Of a stretch of 64,000 nucleotides of DNA, positions 1 to 11,441 are shown in pieces. Both the position numbers and the translations under genes were made by a program. Under the pieces are notes generated by a model, which had not been told where the DNA came from, did no database searches, and worked only from the letters and a program-made list of their open reading frames with translations. Location of the stretch: contig NW_024704742.1 in assembly GCF_018977255.1 (NCBI RefSeq), forward strand, positions 53,632,001-53,696,000, read 5' to 3'. Position 1 is the first letter of the stretch; each line of letters begins with the position of its first letter. Source of the stretch: Callorhinchus milii. Lineage: Eukaryota.

Positions 1-37
1 CATTTGTAGGTGAAAGTAAGCATCTTGTAGCTTAGTG

Positions 38-408
38 GAGTTCTGTAGTTTAGTGGTTAGAGCACTCACCTCGCAAGTGAGAGTACCTGGGTTCGGTTCC
101 TGGGCAGGGAGAAACGTTGGGCAAGTTTCCTAGCTTCACATGCCTCTGTTTACCTAGCAGTAAGTAGGTACCCGTTGTTAGTCAATTGGCGGATTGCTTT
201 GCCAAGGGTAATAATCCATTTAAAAAACAAATAATAGTTTGGTCAGTCAATCCACAACTGTGTGTGGTGCACTGTTGTGAGCTATTGGCTGCTGACTTTC
301 ACACACAAAATATGCGGTTAATTCACTTTACAATATATTCTGTGAAGCACTTTGAGATATCTCGAAGACGTGATGAAGCACTATATCAAATGCAAGGATT
401 ATCATTAT
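38..408 (+). mobile_element. tRNA-derived SINE, long CORE-like family. Other copies: 1533-1909 -, 9993-10340 +, 23215-23842 -, 24513-24875 -, 31927-32268 +, 32526-32892 -, 54820-55178 +
   Basis: Pol III A box (tagYtYagtggttagagc) and B box (ggttcgattcc), a central ccttgggcaagtttcctt..gcctctgtttacc segment resembling the CORE domain, and the tail tatatcaaatgcaaggattattatt. Confidence 0.88.
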
Positions 409-3400
409 ATTTCTTGAAGTCAATCTGATGTGAAATTTAGTACAGTTTGGGACGTAAGCCATAGTACCAAGTACCATAACAAAGAGAAAGAGTACACATT
501 TAATAATAATATTCTTGTATTTGATATAATGTTTTATCATGTCATTGAGACGTCTTAAAGTGCTTCAGAGGATATACTGTAAAGTGGATCGACTGTGTAC
601 TTTGTGGGTGAAACACAGCAGACAGTTGTACCCAGTCACCAGCATTGACAAACAGCCACAGATTGAGTGATCAATTTTATATGGGGGCTTATTGGCCAGG
701 ATACCAAGAGGAACTCCTTTCTCTTTTTGAATAGTGCAGTGGGATCTTTAATGTCCACCTGGACAGGCAGATAGGACCTTAGTTTAACTTCTCATCCAAA
801 GGATGGGACCTCCGACAATGCAACACACTCCCAGCACTGCTTTAGAGTGGCATTTTTGACTGTGGGGCTTGAACCCATAACCTTCTGACTCAGAGTTGAG
901 AGCCTGACATACTGAATTCAAAAAAAATGTACAGTTATCATTAGTGTGATGCATTCAAAGACCAATTTAAATTAATAATATAATTGGACACTTTTTTTAC
1001 TTTTTATTGGACATATTTTACTGAGAAGGTATTTTTAAGCATCATATACACAAAGTTCTGTTCAAACCTAACAGCATCTTTCACAAATATGAATCAGATC
1101 ATTTTGGGTAAGGCATTCAACCAAAGCCCTGTCAACCCGTTCACATGGAAAAAAGAAAGGGAGTTTCTCTGCAGTGTCCTGGCCAACAGTTGTCCAAGAT
1201 GAATTGATCATTCACTTCTTGGCTGTTTATATGATGTTGTTTGTGCAAATGGCTGTAATGTTTACCCATATGAACAGTGACTAGTCAGTAATTCCCAGAG
1301 AAATATGATTGTTAAGATATGTTTTGTTATAGAGAAACGTTGTAATGAAAAGCAATAGGTGAAAAGGGATAAAATTACATTCAGTGTAATCCTATCCAAT
1401 CTCTGCAATGAGTAACATCATATTTATGTTGCAATGAACGATGTGAAGCATGATCAGTTCCCATTAGTGCAGTTCTACAGTTACAATGAGCGTTGTTGTA
1501 ATTTTTATATCCCGAATCAAAGTGGCCAAGTTATTAATAATGATAATCCTTGCATTTGATATAACACTTATCATGTCTTCAAAACATCTCAATGTGCTTC
1601 ACAGAATATACTGTAAAATGATTTAAACATATTTTTTGGACAAAACACAGCAGCCAATTGTGCATAGCAGTGTCCCACAAACAGCCATAGATTGAGTGAC
1701 CAAGTTATTTTTTTATTTATTTTTAAGGAATTATTATCCCTGGAAAAGCGATCTCCCAATTGACAAACAACCTTGTTCCTACTTACTGCGAAGGTAAACA
1801 AAGGCATGTGGAGTAAGGAAACTTGCCCAGCGTTTTGACCTGCTGGGAATCAAACCCAAGTACTCTCGCTTGCAAGGTGAGTGCTCTAACCACTAAGCTA
1901 CTGAGCTCCACAATGTATTAATGTGCCAACAAAGTTTGACTGGGCATCATTATATTCAGCCCAATCATGACTGTTTGTAAGACATTGATGTGTACAAATT
2001 GTCTGCTGCATTCCCCTACAAACACGCAGTCAGAATAAATCCAGTGAAGTATGCTTTGAGATGTCTCAATGAATGTGATAAGGTGCTATGCCGAATGGCA
2101 AGGATTAATATTTATTATTAGATAGGTACTTAAAATGTAAGAATTTGCAGGGCTATGGGGTAAAGTGGGGGAGTGGGACTAATTGGATAGCACTTTCAAA
2201 AAGCCAGCACACGCACAATTGGTGGAATGGCCACCTTCCGTGCTGTAAAATTCTATGATTCTATAAAACTATTACCTCCATTTAATTCTCTAATATTTTC
2301 TGACCATTCAGTATCCTTTAGATAGAATGGTTCATCCATCCCGTTATTTAGACCTGATTTTATACATATTTGGAAGGGATATTGCTTTTATAGAGGGTTT
2401 TGTTCTTTGCTATTGAGAATAATTATTCTATTGTAGAGTACACGTGGAACCAATCATAATTCAAACTGACATAATCTAATCATAATCATAAGCGTAATCT
2501 ATCTCTGGAATTTCCATGTTTAGGGGGGATGCGTGGAATTCTCAGTTTGGTTTGGATATTCTTAAGCATGGTGATGGGTTTCCACCCAGCTGACTCATTC
2601 CCCCACCACCAAAACAACTGATGTGTTCCATTATTGCAAATAAGCAAAATCACCACAAGCACCAATTTCCCCTCAAAATGTTATCCCTTTAGTTGACGTT
2701 GCCCTAAATAAGTTTGAGTTGATAAACTTTTTTATATCCTCTGCAGAATTCGAAATAAATTCTTTCCTGTGAAATGACCACTTACTTCTCAACCGAGTTT
2801 TGATAACCTGACATTCTTCAATGCCTCTCTGTGCAGTCCATTTTAAAATAAATTAGGAGAATTCTACAAACTCGACAAAAGGGAGTTGACATTTTTGATC
2901 CAACTTTTTAGCTATTAGTGTCTGAAATAAGACCATATTTTATTCCAGAAAAAAACAATGACATTGGAGTAAATTCCTGTTTAACGTTTTGCAATTCAAT
3001 GTTAAGTAATGTTCTAACATACTCAATGCATTCCATCAACGTCACACTGCTGACTGACTAAGCTTCCAGAACCTTTGTAATAAAGTCCCATTTGCAGGCA
3101 TTCTGTACATTGATGCCGTACTACTTCATTCGAAACAACATAAATGATACATAAATCTTCCATGCTCTGCTTGATGATTTTAATAAGCTTCTCCACACAA
3201 CAACCAACCTGACATTGTGCAAATAAAGCAGATTGCAAAAGTTCAGTACTTTATTATGAAAACTGTAACTGACTGGCTAATATTCTACTGAAAGCAAACT
3301 TCTACCACATTCAACACAATTAAACAAGGAACACAAGGACAAAATTGCTGGAAAAGTTTGTTAAAAAACTAGCTGCAGTTCAATCTGCACTTCCTCTCAT

Positions 3401-4094
3401 TTCTTGGTTTCACAAATGCAGATTAATTACACCAGTTGTTCCCTATCTACGCTGATAAAGTTTTTTTTGTTTTACAGATATAATATGCGAGCATTAAAAT
3501 ATAAAGACCAAGGGCTGTTAATTAGCCCCATAAAACCATAGAAATTTACAGCACAGAAGAAGACCACTCAACCCATTGTGTCTGTGCCAGTTCCTTTAAT
3601 GGCAATCCTTTCAATCCCATTTACCTGCCTTTTCCCATACACTTGTAGTTTACTCCTTTAATTAATTCTTTTAACTACATCCAGTGAATCTCTTACAGAA
3701 TATATTAAGCTTGCAATGATTTTTGTGTTATCTAAGGACATGGATAAAGAGATAAGATTGGAAACTGAAATCAGCTGTGTACTTAGCTCAGGAGCTCATG
3801 AGATGTACTGTATTTAGAATGTGGCTAATCCTATGTTTAAACTGCATGGTTTGCAGTGAATTCTAATAAATTTGACAGTGATTCACCATCATACATTCAT
3901 CTTAAATACAGGCTCAGAGAGTGGGAATTACCTGGAGCCCCACTTCTGAAATTACCTTGAGGAAGTGGTTTCAGGAATGTTAAACCTAGTACTAGTGTTA
4001 GCATGGAGACAAATTAAAAATTTAATTTTAAAAGAAATTCAAGTGGATTTTGTTTCATCCATTGTGTAGCAAACTTGTGAAATAAATGGAAAGG

Positions 4095-4220
4095 TAAACT
4101 ACTGCAAATGCTGGAAATTGGAAATAAAAACAGAAGTCGTTGAGAACACTCAATGGGTCAGGCAGCATCTATGGAGGGAGGAAAGTGAGTTAATGTTTCA
4201 GGTCAATGACCTTTCATCGA
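4095..4220. repeat. Chondrichthyan interspersed repeat, probably Penelope-associated
   Basis: gcaaatgctggaaat...aaaaacagaa...actcaa.gggtcaggcagcatct.tggag...gagttaatgtttcaggtcaatgacctttcatc matches a common shark-type repeat as I recall it. Confidence 0.6.
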
Positions 4221-4862
4221 TGACCTGATGATGTTTTGGGTCAATGACTTTATTCCACAAGTTGTGGTATAAGTTACCAGGGAAGCTTTTGAAGAGTGCA
4301 CATAACTGAATTGAAGAAGAGAATTTAGTGATCTTTCTGGTCAAGTGCATCTCACTCCTCACTGGTTAATAATTTCTAATATTAGAAATAGACTGGCAAA
4401 CAGAGAATCACAACCTGGATGTATTTCTACAGAGATAATGGATGAAGCAATAAAAGGAATGCAAGCTGTTAATCAATTCAAAGGATATGGATTTGGTGGT
4501 CCTAATGGTCTTTTCCCCATGCTGGTGGTCTCACTTAGAGAAGCTATGCAGTAGTCTGAGAAATAGAAATGTTGTACTGTTGATCTGGAAACAGAGCAGG
4601 GAGATATTTAACCTATGCAGTACTAAGGATGCTTGAGAGTAACTAAGAGGAAAACCTTTGTATTTAACAATGCTTCAGCTTTATGGAACATGGAAACCAG
4701 TAAAATGCTAACAATTGTATAAGTCTGGATTCAATGCAGAAAAGTAGGAAAGTAATATTAAGCTAAAAAAAACTTGCACTGCATGCAGTTCCAGCCATCA
4801 AACTAGAAAAAGGACACTGTAGCAATGCGGTCCTCTTCCTGGAGATTTGCAAGCCTTTGGAA

Positions 4863-6826
4863 CAGGGGTAGGCAAAATATGGCTCGCAGACCATATCTGG
4901 CCCAACAAATGGTTCTATCCGGCCTATCATTGTGTCTAACAATAGAAAAAATTATAGTTTGTTCAGTCCCAGAAAGTTGCACAAATTTTGCATTTGAATC
5001 AGACCGGGAACATCAGCCAATCACATTGGTTAGTTGTGCGCCCGCTCCCTTAAGCGTTGAATCAGGCTGATGCCAGAAATGTATGGATCGGCAAATTTTC
5101 AAACACACGCGGCAACCATGGCAATACTTTTCATTGAAGAGGATGTTAATTCAAAATGAGTTTATCAAAGAAGCGGAAAGTGGACGCTGAAGACCGAATA
5201 TTCAACAAAGAATGGACTTCTAAATTTTTTTTTACCAGTGTGTGTGGAAAAGCTGCGTACTTAATTTACAAAGTGTGGCAGCGCTCAAAGATTGAAACTT
5301 GAATCACCATTTTGAGAGCAAACATGCTTGCAAATATAAGAACGGTTCTGCCGAAGAAAAATGAAAGAAAGCTGATGAGATGGTTGTTCAAATGCAAAAA
5401 GAACAAAGCATTTTCACAAAACAATTTGCGTCCCAGGATGAGATTACAAGAGTAAATTACGTGATTGCACAAAAAATCACCGAGAACAACAAACCATTCT
5501 CTGAAGGAGAATTTATAAAGGAATTTATGGTTGACTCTGCCTCGATTTTATACAAAGACAAGAAAAAACAGTTCGAGAACATTAGCTTGTCAAGGGGAAC
5601 TATTGTGAGACATGTTGAGGATATCTCTGAGAACCTGTATCTGCAGTTACAAAATAAAGTAAGCAATTTTGCATGTTTTTCACTGGCACTCAATGAGAGT
5701 TGTGATGTCAATGACATAGCCCAGTTGATAATTTTTATTCGGGGTATCACCAAACATTTTGAGCTCACAGAAGAATTCGCATCAATGTAGACAATGAAAG
5801 ACATGACAACTGGAGAAAACTTTTTGGAGGCAGTAAATAAGTGTATCTTAAAATTAGGAGTGGAGTGGAAAAAAATGGTGAATATGACCACCGATGGAAG
5901 CCCAAATCTGACAGGCAAAAATGTTGGGTTACTGAAAAGAATTCAAGATCAAGTCAAAGAAACAAATTCAGAATAGAATATTGTTTTTCTACACTGCATT
6001 ATCCACAAGAGCTCCTCTGTAAGAGTGTTCTAAAACTACGCAATGTCGTGGACACAGTTACAAAAGTGGTCAACTACATTTGAGCAAGAGGATTAAACCA
6101 CAGGCAATTTGTAACTCTGCTTGAGGAATTGGAATCCAAGCACACAGATGTTCTGTATCACACGAATGTAAGATGGCTTAGTGCAGGAAAGGTCTTGAAT
6201 AGAGTGTGGGAACTGAGAATGATTTATTTTTGGACAAGATTCAGATTTCCCATAGCTGAATGATGCAAATTGACTCTCTGATTTTGCATTTGCCATTGAT
6301 ATCATTCAAATCAGTGCCGCTTCCCACTTTTTACGCCTCTCTTAATGAATATACCTTTCCAAAAATAAAGGCTCATGCCCGGAGGATGCTTGTCCTGTTT
6401 GGATCAATATACATACAGGAGACATTTTCTGTGATGAAATTCAATAAATCAAAACATAGATCTGTGATGACTGATGACCACCTTGCAGCAGTTCTCTGCA
6501 TTGCAACAACGGAGACGATGCCTGACTTCAATTATCTGGTTAACGCACATCAGCGCTTTCATTCTTCCCATTGAGTGAGCTTCTCACATTCTCATCAATA
6601 TGTGAATAAGTGAATAAATATCGAATAAATGTCTGCTCAATGAGTTTTTTTAATTTAACCTAATTTTAATGGATGTCAATTATAGAGACTTTATTTCATG
6701 CATGTACAAGTGTAAGACTTGATTTTGAGCTATTCTTAAGCATTTGCATCTATATTAAGTGTGTGGCCCGTGAAGCTTACCAAAACTCGTGAAGTGGCCG
6801 CCAACCAAAATAATTGCTCACCCCTG
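4863..6826 (+). mobile_element. hAT superfamily (Charlie/SPIN-like, GTF2IRD2-type transposase) DNA transposon, both ends present, inactive
   Basis: TIRs CAGGGGTAGGCAA (4863) and TTGCTCACCCCTG (ends 6826). The 8-bp flanks ctttggaa and ctctagaa match at 6/8 and fit the Charlie NTCTAGAN target. A transposase pseudo-ORF lies inside. Confidence 0.9.
5156..6574 (+). pseudogene. Disrupted hAT transposase
   Basis: Starts MSLSKKRKVDAEDRIFNKEWTSKFFF. Motifs KPFSEGEFIKE, ISLSRGTI, FSLALNESCD, TTDGSPNLTG, LHCIIH, VRWLSAGKVL and LFGS..I.ETFSVMKFNKSKHRS (dimerisation domain) are split over several frames by stops and frameshifts. Confidence 0.9.
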
Positions 6827-7261
6827 CTCTAGAATAATAAGTAATAATAATCCTTGCATTTGATACAATGCCTTGTCACCTGAGTTGCGAATGTTTAAAT
6901 GATAGTATCAATTTACAGTAAGGGACAGTTACCATTCTGGAGAACACAAGAAGAAGTTGCAAGCAGAAGCTTCTTTTTCCTTCAGTTTTCTTCTCTCCTG
7001 GGTGTGTTCTATAAAAGCAGCAGCTACACTAGTTACATTTATACCCACTTGTTTCAATTCTAACCATCTGGTGTATCTAACAGATACCACTTCCTCACTT
7101 TAATCTTTTCATCTCACAAAGATCATCTAATTATATCATTCCTTCTAAACATGGCCACATCAGCAAAAACAATGACATGAGAAAATGAGGCTCAACTTTC
7201 TTCAATTCCAACCCCAGGACCACCTCATTATCACCCACCAACATTGCTTCTTTGTTTTACT

Positions 7262-9353
7262 TCATCCAAAGATCTTTGATAAAGTGTCACATAATAGACT
7301 TGTTAGCAAAATTGAAGGTCATGGGATTAAGGAAACATTAGCAGCATGGACCTGAAATTGTCTGAGAGACCGAAAGCAGAGAGTTGTAGTGAATAGTTGT
7401 TTTTCAGACTAGAGGGAGGTATACATTGGTGTCCCCAAGGGTTGGTATTAGGATCACTGCTCTTGTTAATATATATTAATGACCTGGGCTTGGCTATAGA
7501 GAGCACAAGACTTTTAAAGGTGTGCAGGAACAGAGAGACCTGGGGTTTCACATACACAAATCTTTGAAGATGTTACGACAAGTTGACAAATTTGTTAAAA
7601 AAAAGGGATCTTTGGCTTTATAAATATAGGCATAGAGTATAAGAGCAAGGATGTTATGTTGAACATTTACCAATTGCTAGTTAGGCCTCAGCTAGTGTAT
7701 TGTATCCAATTCTGGGCACCACACTTTAGGAAGGATGACAGGTCCTTAGAGAGGGTGCAGAGAAGATTTATCAGAATGGTATCAGAAATGAAGGACTCCA
7801 ATTATGTGGAGAGACTACAGAGGCTGGGATTATTCTCCTTAGATCAATGAAGGTTGAGGGGAGATTTAATAGAGGTGTTCAAAATTATAAGGGGTTTTGA
7901 TTGGGAGGAACTATTTCCTCTGCCAGGTAAGTCAGTAACCAGAGGACACACATTTAAGATAATTGGTAAAAGGAGCAGAAGGGAAGCAATCATAAGTTTT
8001 TTTTAAACCCAACAAAAAAATTACATTTGTAAAGTGCCTTTCATGTTGGGAGGATGTCCCAAGGCACTGAACAGTCAGGGATCAGAATCCAAGCGTGGGG
8101 GCAGGGTTGGGATGAGGGAGGGCAGAGAGGGTAGGAGGGCGGCTGAAGGCACGGTCAAAAAGGAGGGTCTTGAGTTGTGCCTTGAACGAGGCAAGAGAGG
8201 AAGCCAGGTGAAGGGATTGTGGGATGGAGTTCCAAAGGGTGGGGGTAGGGAGGCTGAAAGCCCAGCTGCTGATGGTAGGGTGGGTCGGGCAGGAGACCTG
8301 GAGCAGCCCGGAGCCTGCTGAGTGGAGGGAACAGACAGGTTAATAGGAGGTCAGCAGATCAGAGATGTAGAAGGGGGCAAGGCCATGGATGGGGGGAGGC
8401 AGAGCGGGTCATGGCACGGATACGGGGGAAAAAAAGACAGTTGAGGGTCAAACAAGACGCCCAGGTTCCTGACTGGCTTGGTGAGGTGGAGTGTGCAACT
8501 GTGGATGCTGATGCTGCCAATGCCTGAGGTGTGGAGGTGCTGGCGCGAACCAATCAGAAGGGCCTCAGTCTTGCTGATATTCAGCTGTAGAAAGTTGGCT
8601 CTCATCCAGAACTTGATGTCAGACAGACAGACTGTCAGGTCATTAGTTGTCCTGGAATCGAGGGTGCAGGCAGAGAGATAGAGTTGGGTGTCATCTGTGT
8701 ACATGTGGAAATTGACCCCATCTATGTGGATGATGTTACCAAGGGGGAGCATGTAGATGTTTTAGAGGAGGGGACCAAGGACAGAGCTTCAAGGAACACT
8801 GTACGAGACTGTGGGGGCTCGAAGAGAAACCTTTGGTGGAGGCAAATTGGAGAGATAAGACCTGAACCATTCAAGGACAGAACCTTAAAGTTGAGGTGAG
8901 AGGAGAGGCGATGGAGAATGATGGAGTGATCCACAGTATCGAAGGCAGCAGATAGGTCAAGGAGAATGAGGAGGCAGAAGAAACCCTGGTCACAGATGGA
9001 CAAAAGGTCATTTGTCACCTTGACCAGAGCATTTTCCTCACTGTGAGCAGCCCAGAAACCTGGTTGGAGGGGCTTGTGAAGGACGTGATAGGAGAGAAAT
9101 GAGCGAAGCAATGACTCTTTCCGGGACCTAGAGAATTCTTATGGTCTGGAATGCACTGCCTGAAAGCGTGGTGGAAGTAGATTCCATAATTGCTTTCAAA
9201 AGGGAATTGGATAGGTAGTTAAAAAGGAAAATGTGCAGGGCCATGGGGTAAGAATGGGATAGTGGGACTAGTTGGTAGCTCTTTCAATAAGCTGGCACAG
9301 TCATAATGTACCAAATTACTTCCTTCTGTGTGGTAAAATTCTATGATTCTATA
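7262..9353 (+). mobile_element. CR1 LINE 3' portion, split by an L2 insertion (CR1 parts about 7262-8003 and 9127-9353)
   Basis: RT motifs FDKVSH, GVPQG.VLG.LL.LIYINDL and LVRPQLVYCIQFWAPH..KD..LERVQRRF. Sequence resumes after the L2 with the CR1 end and an (attctatg)-type tail. Confidence 0.88.
8010..9115 (-). mobile_element. L2 LINE 3' fragment nested in CR1
   Basis: ORF-track peptides LLILLDLSAAFDTVDH and FHMYTDDTQLYLS...WMRANFLQLNISKTE. An L2-type 3' stem-loop and tail lie at 8010-8070. Confidence 0.9.
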
Positions 9354-11133
9354 AGACAAGTACCACCTGGTGACACATCCTTTCTCCTCATTAATGTAGA
9401 AAATGGAACAAGGAAAGGATAATAAGCATCAATCAAAATCACAAATTTATCAATACAATCCCAAATGAAGGCGTAGCAGTTCTAGACACAGCAAGCACAT
9501 TAGATAATGAAATTATGCTATTCACTTCCAGCAGGGTTACATAGCTATACAAATCCAATCGTCAGCAAAATTTCACTTAAAGGTATAGTAATGCAAGTGT
9601 TCAGTAATTTTCCATTGTAGGCAAAATGCAGAATAATACAAGAGCATACTAATCAACTTAACTGAGTTTCATCGATCTACAGTCTTAAAGTGATTAGAAA
9701 AATGTCTCATGCTGACAAAGCTCAGCAAAAGTATACATTCCTGTAAACCAACATTCTTATGTCAAGAACAACTCACCCACGATGTTTCATTAGTCTAACC
9801 TGTAGTTTAGATCCCAGTAAGTTTGCAATTTGTTCTTATTCAAATTTTTTAAAAAATGTTTTAGAATCATGCTGAGTCAAAGTAGTTAGCAACAGTTAGC
9901 AGATTACTAAAAGTAGTCTAAAAGCACATTTTTTTTCTCACAAAAATATTTTAATCCCTATTCCTTTCCGTGGTTCTTTTGCACCTTACAAAAGTTCTGT
10001 AGCTCAGTAGTTAGAGCACTCGCCTCGCAAGGGAGAGACCTGGGTTTGATTCCTAGCTGGGCAAAACGTTCCTTACTTCACATGCCTCTGTTTACCTAGC
10101 AGTAAGTAGGAACCCACTTGTTAGTTGATTGGCAGATCACTTTTCCTTAAAATAATTCCATTTAAAAAAATTTGGACACTCAATCCACGACTGTTTGTGG
10201 CACACTGCTGTGTGCAATTTGCTGCTGCGTTTCTCCCACAACATATACAGTCAATCCACTTTACAGTATATTCTGTGAAGGACTTTGGGACATCGCAAAG
10301 ATAAGGTGCAATATCAAATGCAAGGATTATTACTATTATTACAGCAGAGGATAATAAGATAATAAAATAATAAGGATAATAAGAGAGCAACCAAGGGTTG
10401 ACAGCTCAGCATGTGGAGAACCCAGGCAGAAGTCTATCTCCTAGCACATTAGTAATCTACTTGTTTACAAGCAATTGGATATGAACGTGCTTGACATTAA
10501 ATCTGCATGGCACTGCTTTGATCAATAGGCAGAATGATTGTATATAAGCACTATTCTCTACTTGGAGAATGTCCTAAGGAAATACATATTTCATGAGTTC
10601 AATTCCAGACAGAGCGAAACCTTGGGCAAGTTTCCTTACTCCACACGCCTAATAATAATCCCTCCAAAACCAAAAACAATAATAAATTGGTCATTTTCAA
10701 TCTGCGACTGTTTGTGGGACATTGCTGTGCGCAATTGGCTGCCGCGTTCGCCCACACACATACAGTCAATTCACTTTACAGTGTGTTCTGTGAAGCGCTT
10801 TGGGACGTCCTCCCGACGTGAAAAACGCTATATCAAATGCAAGGATTATTATTATTATATATGAGTAACCCTAACACAGATGAAAAATTTAATTTGCCAT
10901 TGCCCCTAATATATTCATTGAACACTCACTATAGTTCAATCTTGAGATATTTTCAAGTGTACTATTGTTTGCCAAGGAGACCTGATTCTGGCAGTGAGCA
11001 CTTTAAAAGGGTTTGTATCCACATTGCAAATCTTACAAATTCTGTACAAGTCAAATAATTCAGAACATTTCATTAAAAATTAGATAAACAGCACTGTAAC
11101 TATAGCAGTCTAATAATTCACCCATCCCTCTTA

Positions 11134-11441
11134 CAGGAAATGTGATTAGGTGAACCTTAATTTATCAACTATGAAGAAGATTGTTGAGAAAGCAATTATA
11201 CTTACAAAATCCAAGTCTAATATACAAAGTAGACTAATATGCTAAGGCTTGTATTTTAGTAAGTATGCAGTTCTTTATTTTTCTGATGTTTTTTCATAAA
11301 GTGTCACATGCACATTTACTGTGCATTGATGTGAACATTTCAATTATACTTTATTTTTTTTGGAATGGAAGAACTATAATTGCTTTCTCATCAGTCTTCT
11401 CCGTAGTTGGTAAATTAATGTTCACCTAATCACATTTCCTG
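11134..11441. mobile_element. Tc1/mariner-type (Tigger/pogo-like) MITE, 308 bp
   Basis: About 65-bp imperfect TIRs starting CAGGAAATGTGATTAGGTGAAC and ending GTTCACCTAATCACATTTCCTG, flanked by TA on both sides (11132-33, 11442-43). No coding capacity. Confidence 0.8.

Noticed and set aside
38..112. tRNA-like sequences (also about 1840-1909, 22257-22330, 48040-48115, 54820-54890)
   Set aside because: Each continues into a SINE body and tail and lacks a proper acceptor stem. They are SINE heads, not tRNA genes.
10538..10864. Recurring short ORFs ending IKCKDYYY or YQMQGLLL across the window
   Set aside because: These are translations of the shared SINE tail, not a protein family.
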